A stretch of DNA of 20,000 nt from an uncultured virus (IMG/VR IMGVR_UViG_3300048590_001227) (IMGVR_UViG_3300048590_001227); one strand, 5' to 3'; positions 1-7,869 are shown, counted from the stretch's first letter. Made by a program: numbers and translations. The notes: generated by a model not told the origin, from the sequence alone.

Positions 1-337
1 CGTTTGGGTGTAGCCGGGAGAACTGAAGAGTCACCGTATGCTTCGCTGCTGAAAGGTCGGTTACTTCTCCGATAATTTCGCCGAGGGCCTTGTAGTTGGC
101 TTGGACCTCGGTGGCTGCTTCTTTTTGCCGGTCTTTGGACCAAACACGTTTCCCGAGCTGTGCCTTTACCATATACCCTGCAAGGGCCGGGTCATTACCC
201 AGGGTCTTGGTTACATGCTCAAACACTTCAGCCTCAGACATGGCAGGCTTTTCCTCGGAGGCAGAGGTTACCGCTGGCTTTTCGACCCCGGCGCACGCGG
301 TTGCTGTGAGTGCTATCAGAGCAGGCAAGAACTTCAT
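1..337 (-). CDS. Putative lipoprotein (partial, runs off the left edge)
   Basis: Manual translation from ATG at 337: MKFLPALIALTATACAGVEKPAVTSASEEK..., open to base 1. Hydrophobic signal ending TAC (lipobox-like); GGAG/AAGGA RBS upstream. Absent from the ORF track because it has no stop in the window. Confidence 0.75.
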   Translation of the reverse strand, partial: MKFLPALIALTATACAGVEKPAVTSASEEKPAMSEAEVFEHVTKTLGNDPALAGYMVKAQLGKRVWSKDRQKEAATEVQANYKALGEIIGEVTDLSAAKHTVTLQFSRLHPN

Positions 338-462
338 TCCTTATCTCCCTCATTGCGAATGAATCAACTCGGGGAGACTATAACCGCGCCGCCGCGAAGG
401 CAACGGAGGTAAACCGCTCACGTCAGGGCGTCGGGTCTGCTTCGACCCGCCACGACGCAAAC

Positions 463-669
463 CTATCCTGCTTTACCAGTCTTGATACGCTCCAGAGCTT
501 CACGTATAGCCCCTTCCATCAGAGCCGCAAACTTGCCCTCAAGGTAAGGGGACGCTTCGTCATATAGGTCTTGGTCGATCTTGACTGTTAGCCTGTACAG
601 CTGCTTTTTCGGGCGAGGTGCGAGCGCGGCGTCAATGTAGTCGCGGCCCTTCTCTGCTTTTTTACGCAC
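463..669 (-). CDS. Small ribbon-helix-helix (CopG/Arc-like) DNA-binding protein
   Basis: 68 aa, GTG start. Alternating strand YRLTVKIDQDLY followed by two predicted helices (...FAALMEGAIREALERI) fits the RHH pattern. Sigma28-like promoter upstream. Confidence 0.6.
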   Translation of the reverse strand: MRKKAEKGRDYIDAALAPRPKKQLYRLTVKIDQDLYDEASPYLEGKFAALMEGAIREALERIKTGKAG

Positions 670-722
670 AGTAATGTTTCCCTTTTGGCTGCTAATCCAT
701 TCAAACTTTAATCACGTTCCAG

Positions 723-749
723 CTATCGGCAGTTTCAGCTGCACTATTA
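723..749 (-). promoter_or_regulatory. Sigma28 (FliA)-type promoter for the RHH gene
   Basis: Minus strand TAAT-N15-GCCGATAG versus consensus TAAA-N15-GCCGATAA. Confidence 0.55.
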
Positions 750-750
750 A

Positions 751-772
751 GGTTGTACCGGTTGGTTGTACC
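751..772. repeat. Direct repeat GGTTGTACC x2, candidate operator
   Basis: GGTTGTACC at 751-759 and 764-772, lying between two divergent promoter-like motifs. Confidence 0.5.
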
Positions 773-780
773 AATTGGTT

Positions 781-807
781 TAACTTCGGGGGCTTCGATT
801 TCGATAA
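781..807 (+). promoter_or_regulatory. Sigma28-type promoter for the 851/1040 genes
   Basis: TAAC-N15-TTCGATAA with correct spacing, ending 44 nt before ATG 851. Confidence 0.4.
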
Positions 808-850
808 GTCTCATGTAAGCAGCGGCGGTGCTGCCACAAGGAGCGCAAAC

Positions 851-1018
851 ATGAAACCACTCATCATTGAAGTCAGAACCTCACGCTCTCACGGTCTGGA
901 AGTTTACCGCGTGCTCGTTAACGGCACCATAATGAACGAATACCTTTCGCGCGAAATGGCCAATGCCAAAGCTCGGAAGTACGTGCAGGCATGGAACCAT
1001 GAGACCTTGGTGCGCTAA
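851..1018 (+). CDS. Small hypothetical protein (55 aa, phage-like)
   Basis: AAGGAG RBS before ATG 851 (MKPLIIEVRTSRSHGLEVYRVLVNG...). This is the likely true start inside ORF 674..1018. Confidence 0.6.
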   Translation: MKPLIIEVRTSRSHGLEVYRVLVNGTIMNEYLSREMANAKARKYVQAWNHETLVR

Positions 1019-1039
1019 CCTTTCGTCGGAGGCGATGCT

Positions 1040-1519
1040 ATGGACAAGATGCGAAAACACAAACTCAGCTTGGTCAAATGCGAACCGTCGGCATCCGTTT
1101 TGGACGTTAATCCTACAAACTCCGTCTCCACAGACAAGTTTACTGTTACCAAACAGGAATTCGAACTCGCCGGCCACGTACAGGTTTGGCTCTTGTTCCT
1201 CGGCGGTGGGATGAGGCTTGAAGGTCTTTCAGATTTAACCAAGGTCGATATATCTGAACTGAAAACTTGGGCGCTGCGCGAGCGCCTGCTGTGGGTGGAT
1301 GACGAGGGTTACTATTTTCTATACCTCTCTGCTCTGCCTCTTGTCTGGGCTGCATTCGCAGATAAATCTCGCGCTTGCCGAGTCCACCATGAAGTTTACT
1401 CTCATTACGAGAAGAGGGCAGAGGACGGTAGCCGAGTTCGAGAGTGGGTGAAAGAGTGCGCATCAACTCCGCGGTGGACGACTAAGAATAGACTCGCGCC
1501 TCGGCTTCGTTCCGTATGA
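1040..1519 (+). CDS. ORF6N/antirepressor-like DNA-binding protein (paralog of 4914..5243)
   Basis: GGAGG RBS. LLFLGGGMRLEGLSDLTKVDISELKTWALRERL aligns by eye with LLTIGGQEGMLLPELAKVLGVEGQTLRMHTARHSL of the 4914 protein. Confidence 0.55.
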   Translation: MDKMRKHKLSLVKCEPSASVLDVNPTNSVSTDKFTVTKQEFELAGHVQVWLLFLGGGMRLEGLSDLTKVDISELKTWALRERLLWVDDEGYYFLYLSALPLVWAAFADKSRACRVHHEVYSHYEKRAEDGSRVREWVKECASTPRWTTKNRLAPRLRSV

Positions 1520-1742
1520 AGAGACACAGCCGACCCCTCTGAGTTAATGAGGTGTCGTGCTGCTGGCAATAGCCGTACAAACCATAAACGGCCAATAGTA
1601 TAAGGATTTGTTTCTACAAGGCACGCCGGACGGCCTTATTGTTGCAAATGTAATCATCTGGTATACTTTGCAGTTCAACTTTAGGCGCAACCTCGGTCAC
1701 TTCTCGACCGCGAATACGCGCCCCGTACGTAGGGGATTGAGC

Positions 1743-1988
1743 ATGCTGTACCCTGATACGACAGCAGAAGAATGGTCACGAAAATACAGTCTCAAGACTT
1801 ACCACGTAAATTGCAAGAACTGCGGAACAAGCAACACTCCTACTCGTCCGTTTGTTACCAAAGACTCAGCAGGGCTGTGTATTGAAAACTGTATTCAGTG
1901 TGGTGCCACGCTACGCCTTTACTCATCCGTTCCTAGAAGCCCTGAAGCGGAAAAAGAATGGAAAAATATTTTGTCAGGGCTAGAGTAA
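1743..1988 (+). CDS. Small zinc-ribbon protein (81 aa)
   Basis: AGGGG RBS before ATG 1743; two CxxC motifs (CKNC, CIQC). Confidence 0.65.
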   Translation: MLYPDTTAEEWSRKYSLKTYHVNCKNCGTSNTPTRPFVTKDSAGLCIENCIQCGATLRLYSSVPRSPEAEKEWKNILSGLE

Positions 1989-1992
1989 GCGT

Positions 1993-2538
1993 TTACCTCA
2001 CATACGTAATTCTGAGACGCACCGCCTGATCAATGAATTCTTGGGTAAACAGTACCCGTAAATCCAAATGATAATTTGCAAGCCCTGTGGCAGCTACATG
2101 ACTCCCGGCTGACAGAGCTTTCAAGTATGGCGGCTGTGGGTGCCCTGGCTTTTGAATAACATGGTTGACCATTCTATCGTGCGCTGTTTTGGTCATGGCT
2201 TTGATAAAGGCTTTTGTCATTCGTTCCGCTTTCGGTTGAGAAAATGTTGTTCCTGTTAAATCGAGATTTAATTGATACACCGTTTTAGTTCGACCTCCTG
2301 GAACTAAAGGCGGCATAACCGTAAAAACTACCTCAAACAAGATAGTGTGAAGGGTCTGACCAACTGTGAAGCACATTGCGCCAACTAAGTCGTTTCCAAT
2401 TTTTCCTTGCACGCCGCGAACAGAATAGCTGTGTTGGCCGACTTTGAATTTTGCGTTGAGCGATCCCGTGTTCTTGTATCCGTTTGTAATGGTGTAGGCC
2501 GTGTTTCTTTCAATTATAGCTTTGGCAATATTAGCCAT
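1993..2538 (-). CDS. Hypothetical protein (181 aa)
   Basis: Strong AAAGGAGG RBS before ATG 2538 (MANIAKAIIERN...); no recognised motif. Confidence 0.7.
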   Translation of the reverse strand: MANIAKAIIERNTAYTITNGYKNTGSLNAKFKVGQHSYSVRGVQGKIGNDLVGAMCFTVGQTLHTILFEVVFTVMPPLVPGGRTKTVYQLNLDLTGTTFSQPKAERMTKAFIKAMTKTAHDRMVNHVIQKPGHPQPPYLKALSAGSHVAATGLANYHLDLRVLFTQEFIDQAVRLRITYVR

Positions 2539-2876
2539 GTGACACCCTCCTTTCCGTCCCCCTTCGCCAAACGACGTCAACCCCTTTAACAGCGGTATCC
2601 ACGGTCGCGGTTAAGAAATGTTTCCCAGCAATGTAAGCCCCTTCCCTGGCTTAGGGTGTACCTTCATAAGCGTTCGATTGCCTGCAATTCGCTTCGGGCT
2701 TTAATGCCAGACAAGCCTTTAAAAACCAATATTTCAGAGCTTAGATTGGTGGCGGCAGAGAGCTTCGACCAGAATTCCTGCCGAATAACCTGGTCGGCCT
2801 GGTCACTTGCCTGGCTCGCTGAATTTCAGGACCTTAAACTCCGATGAGTTCTGCAGATTCAGGAGGGTGAGAGTTT

Positions 2877-3416
2877 ATGAAAGGTCTATTCTTGGTGCTT
2901 CTTTTGGTGGGTTGTGGATCCGATCAAACGGATGACAGCACAGTGTCGCCTTCTCAAGAAACTGCAGCCTCTCAAACAACTCAGAAGACGACGGACGCCG
3001 CTGAAGCCTCCGAGCCCGAGAGCGACGTGACTGAGACTGTCACCACGCCAGCGCTCAAAGAGAAGTATTACGTGCGCTTCTATTATGTCGCCGAAGACGA
3101 GCAGGTCAACGCTACGACGTGCGCGATCAAGACCGTTGGCCTTGCGATGGAATACCAAATCAAGAACCTGACAAAGGTGAAATTCGACCTCTTGAAGGAA
3201 CGCAGCGACTGCAAGATCGATAGTGTCCATGAGTATGAGACGGGAAACAATTACGAGCTGCGTTGTGACCTGACTGACAATTACATGTACTTCGACGCGA
3301 CTTGTGGCGCGAGTCAGACGGTCCAGTTCAAACACTACTACCGACCAAATCTTGAGAGTTGGGGTACAAGCGCGATGCCGGAACCGGGATATGCCAGCGG
3401 CGGTACCAGTAAATGA
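2877..3416 (+). CDS. Lipoprotein with S/T/E-rich linker and Cys-containing C-terminal domain
   Basis: AGGAGG RBS; MKGLFLVLLLVGC lipobox; low-complexity linker after the Cys. Confidence 0.8.
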   Translation: MKGLFLVLLLVGCGSDQTDDSTVSPSQETAASQTTQKTTDAAEASEPESDVTETVTTPALKEKYYVRFYYVAEDEQVNATTCAIKTVGLAMEYQIKNLTKVKFDLLKERSDCKIDSVHEYETGNNYELRCDLTDNYMYFDATCGASQTVQFKHYYRPNLESWGTSAMPEPGYASGGTSK

Positions 3417-3441
3417 ACGTGGTGGAAACAACTCAAATCAC

Positions 3442-3468
3442 TAAAGTTTTCACCGAAATTTCCGATAG
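3442..3468 (+). promoter_or_regulatory. Sigma28 (FliA)-type promoter
   Basis: TAAAGTTT-N11-TCCGATAG, close to the extended consensus TAAAGTTT-N11-GCCGATAA, ending 24 nt before ATG 3492. Confidence 0.7.
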
Positions 3469-3491
3469 TAGTCAAGTCAGGAGAGGCCATT

Positions 3492-3671
3492 ATGGACGAC
3501 AAAAAGCAAATCAAGATTCGCTTCACCGTTGAAGAGGCTGAAGCAATCGCTAGCGCGGTGAACCAGCAGCCAGGCGAGTCATTGACCGCAGCGTTGAAGA
3601 AATTTTTCGATAACAGAGGTCGCAAAGAGGCCCAAGCAAATGACAAAGATAAGCACCCTACTCGAATTTGA
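3492..3671 (+). CDS. Small RHH/CopG-like DNA-binding protein (59 aa)
   Basis: Below the ORF-track cutoff. MDDKKQIKIRFTVEEAEAIASAVNQQPGESLTAALKKFFDNR..., AGGAGAGG RBS, strand-helix-helix pattern, overlaps the start of the 3640 gene. Confidence 0.65.
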   Translation: MDDKKQIKIRFTVEEAEAIASAVNQQPGESLTAALKKFFDNRGRKEAQANDKDKHPTRI

Positions 3672-4452
3672 TTCAGACACTGAGGAATTATCAGATGACG
3701 AGCTTGCAGAGCTTGATCGTTTATATGGTCACGACCTCCGTATTCCAGAGCCCCCTTGGAGAAATCCGCTAGCAAAGAAAGAGTCTGAACTTGTCTTAAA
3801 GTCTTTCACGGACCAGAACCCAGGTGACACAAGAAAAGCAGATTTCTATATCTCATGGTTGGCCAAAAGATATGAGTGTGCTCCTGAGAAAGTCCATAGC
3901 GCCATTGTCTATGACTTTAATCGAGGTTCAACAGCATGGGCCGCATTCAACTTTAGATTCGACGATAGCTACCAGTTTGCTCATAAGAGGCTCTTCCCGC
4001 AGACTGGCAAGGTCCGAAAGTACCAAGTTTATTTGTGGGAAGGTCGAGCTATCTCAGAGGATGATGCTAAGAAGTTAGGTGTGAAAGCTGTCGAGCGCGA
4101 AAAGAAGTTGCGTGCCATAGGGCAGCTATTCGTGCTGGTTCTCATAGAACCGCCTCGCCCGTTCCTCAAAGAAGCAACCAAGAAACTTCATAACTTGACA
4201 CACTCGCAAATTGAGGTGGTTGGTGCAGAGGCAAAAGCGTGGCTGCTCGACTGGCGAAGCAATGGCAAGAGGCCAAGTCTGGACACCCTGCGGCTGAGGT
4301 TCTGGGACTTGATGCTGCAAGAGGTTTACGGTGAGGGCGCGTACGCGGGGCAACGCCTCGTGCCGCCGTCCAAGAAGCTCGAAAATTTTGAAAATTTATG
4401 TTTGAATAACAAGGACATAGTCTTGTCGGTGGCCAGTATATATAAGAGATAA
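3640..4452 (+). CDS. Hypothetical protein (270 aa), possible replication initiator of the element
   Basis: Long ORF coupled to an RHH gene and followed by an AT-rich tract. The Rep function is inferred from context only. Confidence 0.55.
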   Translation: MTKISTLLEFDSDTEELSDDELAELDRLYGHDLRIPEPPWRNPLAKKESELVLKSFTDQNPGDTRKADFYISWLAKRYECAPEKVHSAIVYDFNRGSTAWAAFNFRFDDSYQFAHKRLFPQTGKVRKYQVYLWEGRAISEDDAKKLGVKAVEREKKLRAIGQLFVLVLIEPPRPFLKEATKKLHNLTHSQIEVVGAEAKAWLLDWRSNGKRPSLDTLRLRFWDLMLQEVYGEGAYAGQRLVPPSKKLENFENLCLNNKDIVLSVASIYKR

Positions 4453-4492
4453 GGAAATCTTAATATTATTAGTAGTATAGTAGAATATAAGA
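4381..4492. other. AT-rich tract with short repeats, candidate origin
   Basis: GAAAATTT x2 and TAGTA repeats; markedly more AT-rich than the GC-rich DNA just downstream. Confidence 0.3.
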
Positions 4493-4913
4493 CTCTGCGT
4501 CGCGCCGACGAAAGTGACTATGGGAGAGTGTTTGGGAGCTACGAGTCATCTTGGTGCTGACAATGGCTTTGCGAGGCTTGGCGGGCCATTTCCGCCACTC
4601 TGAGCGGCATGCGAGGTCCAGGACGCCGGGCGCGTTTCCGCCTCTACCTTCCACAGCACCACTGTTAAACCCTGACTCCCCATCGCGCGAGCCACGATAT
4701 CATTAACTATTTCGCTGTCTGATACGGCGTCTTGTGTCTCTGCGATATTGGGAGCTTACGGACACATACCTTTGCTGATTCTCGCCGAATAATGCGATTG
4801 CGCATCCTAAAACCCCGCCACATCAAGAGAATCCACACACAAGACATAGCGGAAAGCCTCGTCCGACGTCTTGCAAGATATTATAATTATTAGAAGCGAT
4901 TGAGCGGAGAACG

Positions 4914-5243
4914 TTAGAAATAGCACAAAGATACTGCAATTGAAGGCGGGCCCGTTTTCACTGCCTCAGCAACGTCCCACAGCTGGCTGTAGATTGCTCG
5001 GGCTTCGGGAGTACCGACGAGGCGCACGAGTTCGCGAATGGTTTCTTTTGGCAAGAAGTTCACGCGAGCGGAGTTGAGGTGTATGAGGCCTTCTTTCTTT
5101 AGGGTTCTGCGGGCATCGACACTCACAGTGACGATGTTAAGACTGTGCCGCGCGGTATGCATGCGTAGTGTCTGTCCCTCAACACCCAATACCTTCGCCA
5201 GCTCCGGCAACAACATCCCCTCTTGCCCACCAATCGTCAACAA
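4914..5243 (-). CDS. ORF6N-like phage antirepressor-type protein, probably truncated
   Basis: IGGQEGMLLPELAKVLGVEGQTLRMHTARH resembles the ORF6N pattern IRGQxVMLDxDLAxLYGVETxxLNxxVKRN. C-terminal FLPKETIRELVRLVGTPEARAIYSQLWD also fits. No clear RBS or start. Confidence 0.55.
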   Translation of the reverse strand: MLTIGGQEGMLLPELAKVLGVEGQTLRMHTARHSLNIVTVSVDARRTLKKEGLIHLNSARVNFLPKETIRELVRLVGTPEARAIYSQLWDVAEAVKTGPPSIAVSLCYF

Positions 5244-5282
5244 GACAGCACTCAGGCCGTTTGCCGGCGGGGAGCAAGATCG

Positions 5283-5550
5283 TCACGGGGCCGCGCGCTT
5301 CATTTGCTCGTATCGAATGCGGGAGTGGCTGATGCCTGACGCCTTCGCTGCCTGCCGCACGCTCTCGCCACCGGCAACCATCGCAAGGGCTGCGTCCAGG
5401 TCCCTGGTCGGTATTCGCTGTGGACGGCCCCCAACGCGTCCCTGGGCCTTCGCAGAGGCGAGCCCGGCCTTGGTCCTTTCCCGGGAGCATCTCGCGCTCC
5501 ATGGTCGCTACAGCAGCCAGAATCGAGAGTACGAGCGCTCGAGCGTCGCC
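5283..5550 (-). pseudogene. Serine resolvase/invertase remnant (helix E plus C-terminal HTH only)
   Basis: Manual translation GDARALVLSILAAVATMEREML / one extra C near 5484 / RERTKAGLASAKAQGRVGGRP...GESVRQAAKASGISHSRI* matches the canonical ERxxIxERTxAGLxxARxxGRxGGRP motif plus HTH. The catalytic N-terminal domain is absent. Confidence 0.85.
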
Positions 5551-5600
5551 TATAATTGAGAGAAGTCAAATCAGCAAGAACTGTAGCGAGGTGATTCCAA

Positions 5601-6116
5601 GTGAGTGAGCGTAAAGATCCAACAAGCTGGCCGTGGTGGGGATACGGGCTCCTAATCTTGGCTTTAGGGTTGTGGCTTGTGTACAAGAACAACATCAGCT
5701 GGATTTCAGGCCAAGCTGGAGTAGACAGGCAGGGTCAGTTTGGAGATATGTTCGGAGCACTCAACACTCTGATAACGACGTTCGGTTTCGTCGGTCTGCT
5801 CATTTCGCTCCACCTCCAACGTAAACAGTTTCAAGCCTCCCTGTCTGATATGCGAGATAACGCTCTTGCGTCGGAGCATCAAGCAAATGCCATGGTAGCG
5901 CAGACTCGGGCGCTGGAGGTGCAGAATAAAATAGCCGTCGTCACAGCTCTGCTGAACTCAGCAGTTACTAGGCACCAAACCGCGCACACCAAGTCTCACA
6001 CTGACAGTATGATCGCTACAGAGCTTCGTGCTGGTTCAGTAACGAGACGTGTGCGCGACTTAGAAAAAGAGCTTGAGGAACTGTTAAAGTCTGCAAACCC
6101 TATTTCGGGTGGGTAG
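5601..6116 (+). CDS. Two-TM membrane protein resembling the N-terminal part of putative abortive-infection (putAbiC-like) proteins
   Basis: GAGGTG RBS; TM helix, then GQFGDMFGALNTLITTFGFVGLLISLHLQRKQF, then a coiled-coil-like segment. Confidence 0.6.
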   Translation: MSERKDPTSWPWWGYGLLILALGLWLVYKNNISWISGQAGVDRQGQFGDMFGALNTLITTFGFVGLLISLHLQRKQFQASLSDMRDNALASEHQANAMVAQTRALEVQNKIAVVTALLNSAVTRHQTAHTKSHTDSMIATELRAGSVTRRVRDLEKELEELLKSANPISGG

Positions 6117-6219
6117 CGAATACCTAATGTCGCTTCCACCTAATTAACCCCGTAAAAGCCTATAAAAATAGCCTCGAAACCCTCATGCCAGTCGGAGATA
6201 TTCCGATAAGGAATCTGTG

Positions 6220-6337
6220 TGGGCTGCGAGGCCTTTTCATTTCTGGCGAGAATATCGCTGCGCAAAAGCTGTAGCCAGCATCAACTGGCGGACCGGTTAT
6301 CATGCAGTCTGAAATGAATACAAACCTCGCAGTCCCA
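6220..6337 (+). ncRNA. Candidate structured non-coding RNA or DNA hairpin of unknown family (strand inferred)
   Basis: TGGG-CTGCGAGG (6220-6231) pairs with CCTCGCAG-t-CCCA (6325-6337); TTCATTTC (6236-6243) pairs with GAAATGAA (6311-6318); inner hairpins. TCAT-N15-TCCGATAA (6183-6209) lies just upstream. Confidence 0.4.
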
Positions 6338-6402
6338 ACTCGTGTCATGGAAGACCAAACTTCATAGGCGGTTGATGCCGCCGAACTCATAAAGGCTGAT
6401 AT

Positions 6403-6615
6403 ATGGACATTCAAAGTGCAATCAAAACTGGAAAGTTCTTCAAGCGGGGCAGCGGCCTCGAACTCATCGTGACAGCAAAAGGCGAGATATGGGACTGCTC
6501 CGAGGACGCCGTAGCTGCGCTGACCGCGGCGGATCTCCTCGCCACCGACTGGACTACAAACGACGCCAGCGAAGCCGCATATGAAGCCTTCGACGCCCAC
6601 CCTCCTCAAAGCTAA
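6403..6615 (+). CDS. Small DUF2829/Tad2-like phage protein
   Basis: N-terminal MDIQSAIKTGKFFKR and C-terminal ADLLATDW match the family pattern (A.K.GK...R ... DxLAxDW). Confidence 0.55.
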   Translation: MDIQSAIKTGKFFKRGSGLELIVTAKGEIWDCSEDAVAALTAADLLATDWTTNDASEAAYEAFDAHPPQS

Positions 6616-6626
6616 GAGAATTAAAA

Positions 6627-7862
6627 ATGGCAATTCAGAAGAACTTTCTCGACGACGAAGAGAACCAAAACCAAGGGCAGGCAACCAGTCTTGAAGGGAC
6701 CGCCCTGGGTGGCGGACCTACTCCCGCGACCTCAGCTCAGCCCGCGAAACCACAGGGGACAGGTTGGAACAATCTCCAGACCTACCTAACGGCCAACCAG
6801 GGCCAAGGCGGCAACGTTGCGAACGCGATCACGCAGGACACCCAGAAGCGTGTGGACGCCGCAGACAGCAATGCGAAGCTCTGGGAGGACGAAGCCAAGA
6901 AGAGGGTGGATCAGAACACCCGCACCGATGACAAGGGGTATGGGCAGCAGATCCAATCGGGCGACCCAACCAAGATTGATCAGAACGCTTTCGGTGCCTG
7001 GAAGAATCTTTCCAACTACTGGGGGGCAGCCAACGCCCAGGCCGACAGTGGCTACGGCTCGGTTTACAACCAGACCCAGCAAGCAAAGAAAGACGTGGCC
7101 GGGGTGCAAAACTACGACACGCAGAAGGCGCTCGCACAGCAGACCTTCGGCAAGAATGGGCGCTACACCCAAGGAATGGGAACGCTGGACACCTTTATCA
7201 TGCGTGGCGACCAGTCTGGCAAGGACGCTCTGCAGGGCTTCCAGGACAAAAACAAGAGCTTCGGTCAGACGTTTGATAGCGCCGTAGGCAACATCAACTC
7301 GTATGCGCAGGGAGCGGAGCAGCGAGGTCAATCGGCCTATGACAATCTCATGGGCATGCTTGGCCAGCGCCGGCAGAGCATCCAGGACACCGCCCAGCAG
7401 AATCTGGGCAAGGTTTATGGGGACGCGCGGAGTGCAGCCGAGCAGCAGGTAAGAGACGCTTATGTAAAGGCCGGTCGTGACCCCAACATCGGCTTTGGCA
7501 CTGGCGGCACGATATCGCGGGCCAGCGACATGTCTTGGGTTGACGGTTTGGGTGACCCAGAACTTGCGGCCCTGAATCAGCTATCTAACCTGGACGACGA
7601 CGCGAATACCAACGCAATCACCAAGCAAAACAGGCCGCTGGCAACAATCGACTGGGATCGCGTGAACCAAAACATTGCGGCTTATCAGGGTGTGGGCCGA
7701 CCCACTACACCGGGTACCCAGACGACGGTTGGGACTCTTGGGGATGGCACCGCCGTAAATGCAACGGACGTTGGCGGCATTCGTGAAGACGTGCACGGCA
7801 ACCGTATCGACGACGGCCTATCAACACAAGAATGGCTTGACCGCATACTCCGCGGGACCTGA
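6627..7862 (+). CDS. Q/N/G/A-rich helical protein resembling phage internal virion (ejection) proteins
   Basis: 411 aa, no Cys, rich in Q/N/G/A/T; motifs GWNNLQTYLTANQ and YTQGMGTLDTFI. Composition is typical of podophage ejection proteins (inference). Confidence 0.55.
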   Translation: MAIQKNFLDDEENQNQGQATSLEGTALGGGPTPATSAQPAKPQGTGWNNLQTYLTANQGQGGNVANAITQDTQKRVDAADSNAKLWEDEAKKRVDQNTRTDDKGYGQQIQSGDPTKIDQNAFGAWKNLSNYWGAANAQADSGYGSVYNQTQQAKKDVAGVQNYDTQKALAQQTFGKNGRYTQGMGTLDTFIMRGDQSGKDALQGFQDKNKSFGQTFDSAVGNINSYAQGAEQRGQSAYDNLMGMLGQRRQSIQDTAQQNLGKVYGDARSAAEQQVRDAYVKAGRDPNIGFGTGGTISRASDMSWVDGLGDPELAALNQLSNLDDDANTNAITKQNRPLATIDWDRVNQNIAAYQGVGRPTTPGTQTTVGTLGDGTAVNATDVGGIREDVHGNRIDDGLSTQEWLDRILRGT

Positions 7863-7869
7863 GCCCATT

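Noticed and set aside
96..567. Plus-strand ORFs 96..362, 101..412 and 310..567
   Set aside because: They are antisense to the better-supported minus-strand lipoprotein and RHH genes.
2665..2826. Minus-strand open stretch NSASQASDQADQVIRQEFWSKLSAATN...QAIERL*
   Set aside because: It looks like the 3' end of a lost gene, but it has no start and no identifiable family, so it cannot be supported.
5038..5695. ORFs 5038..5559 (+), 5179..5502 (-), 5300..5695 (-) and 5420..5608 (+)
   Set aside because: They are shadows of the frameshifted resolvase remnant and the ORF6N-like gene.
6220..6337. Retron msr/msd or canonical 6S RNA
   Set aside because: No reverse transcriptase nearby, shorter than typical 6S, and no recognisable conserved motifs. 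Kept only as an unknown structured element.
6160..7331. ORFs 6160..6684 (-), 6786..7331 (-), 6817..7287 (+) and 6829..7137 (-)
   Set aside because: Antisense or alternate-frame shadows of GC-rich coding genes; no RBS or motifs.
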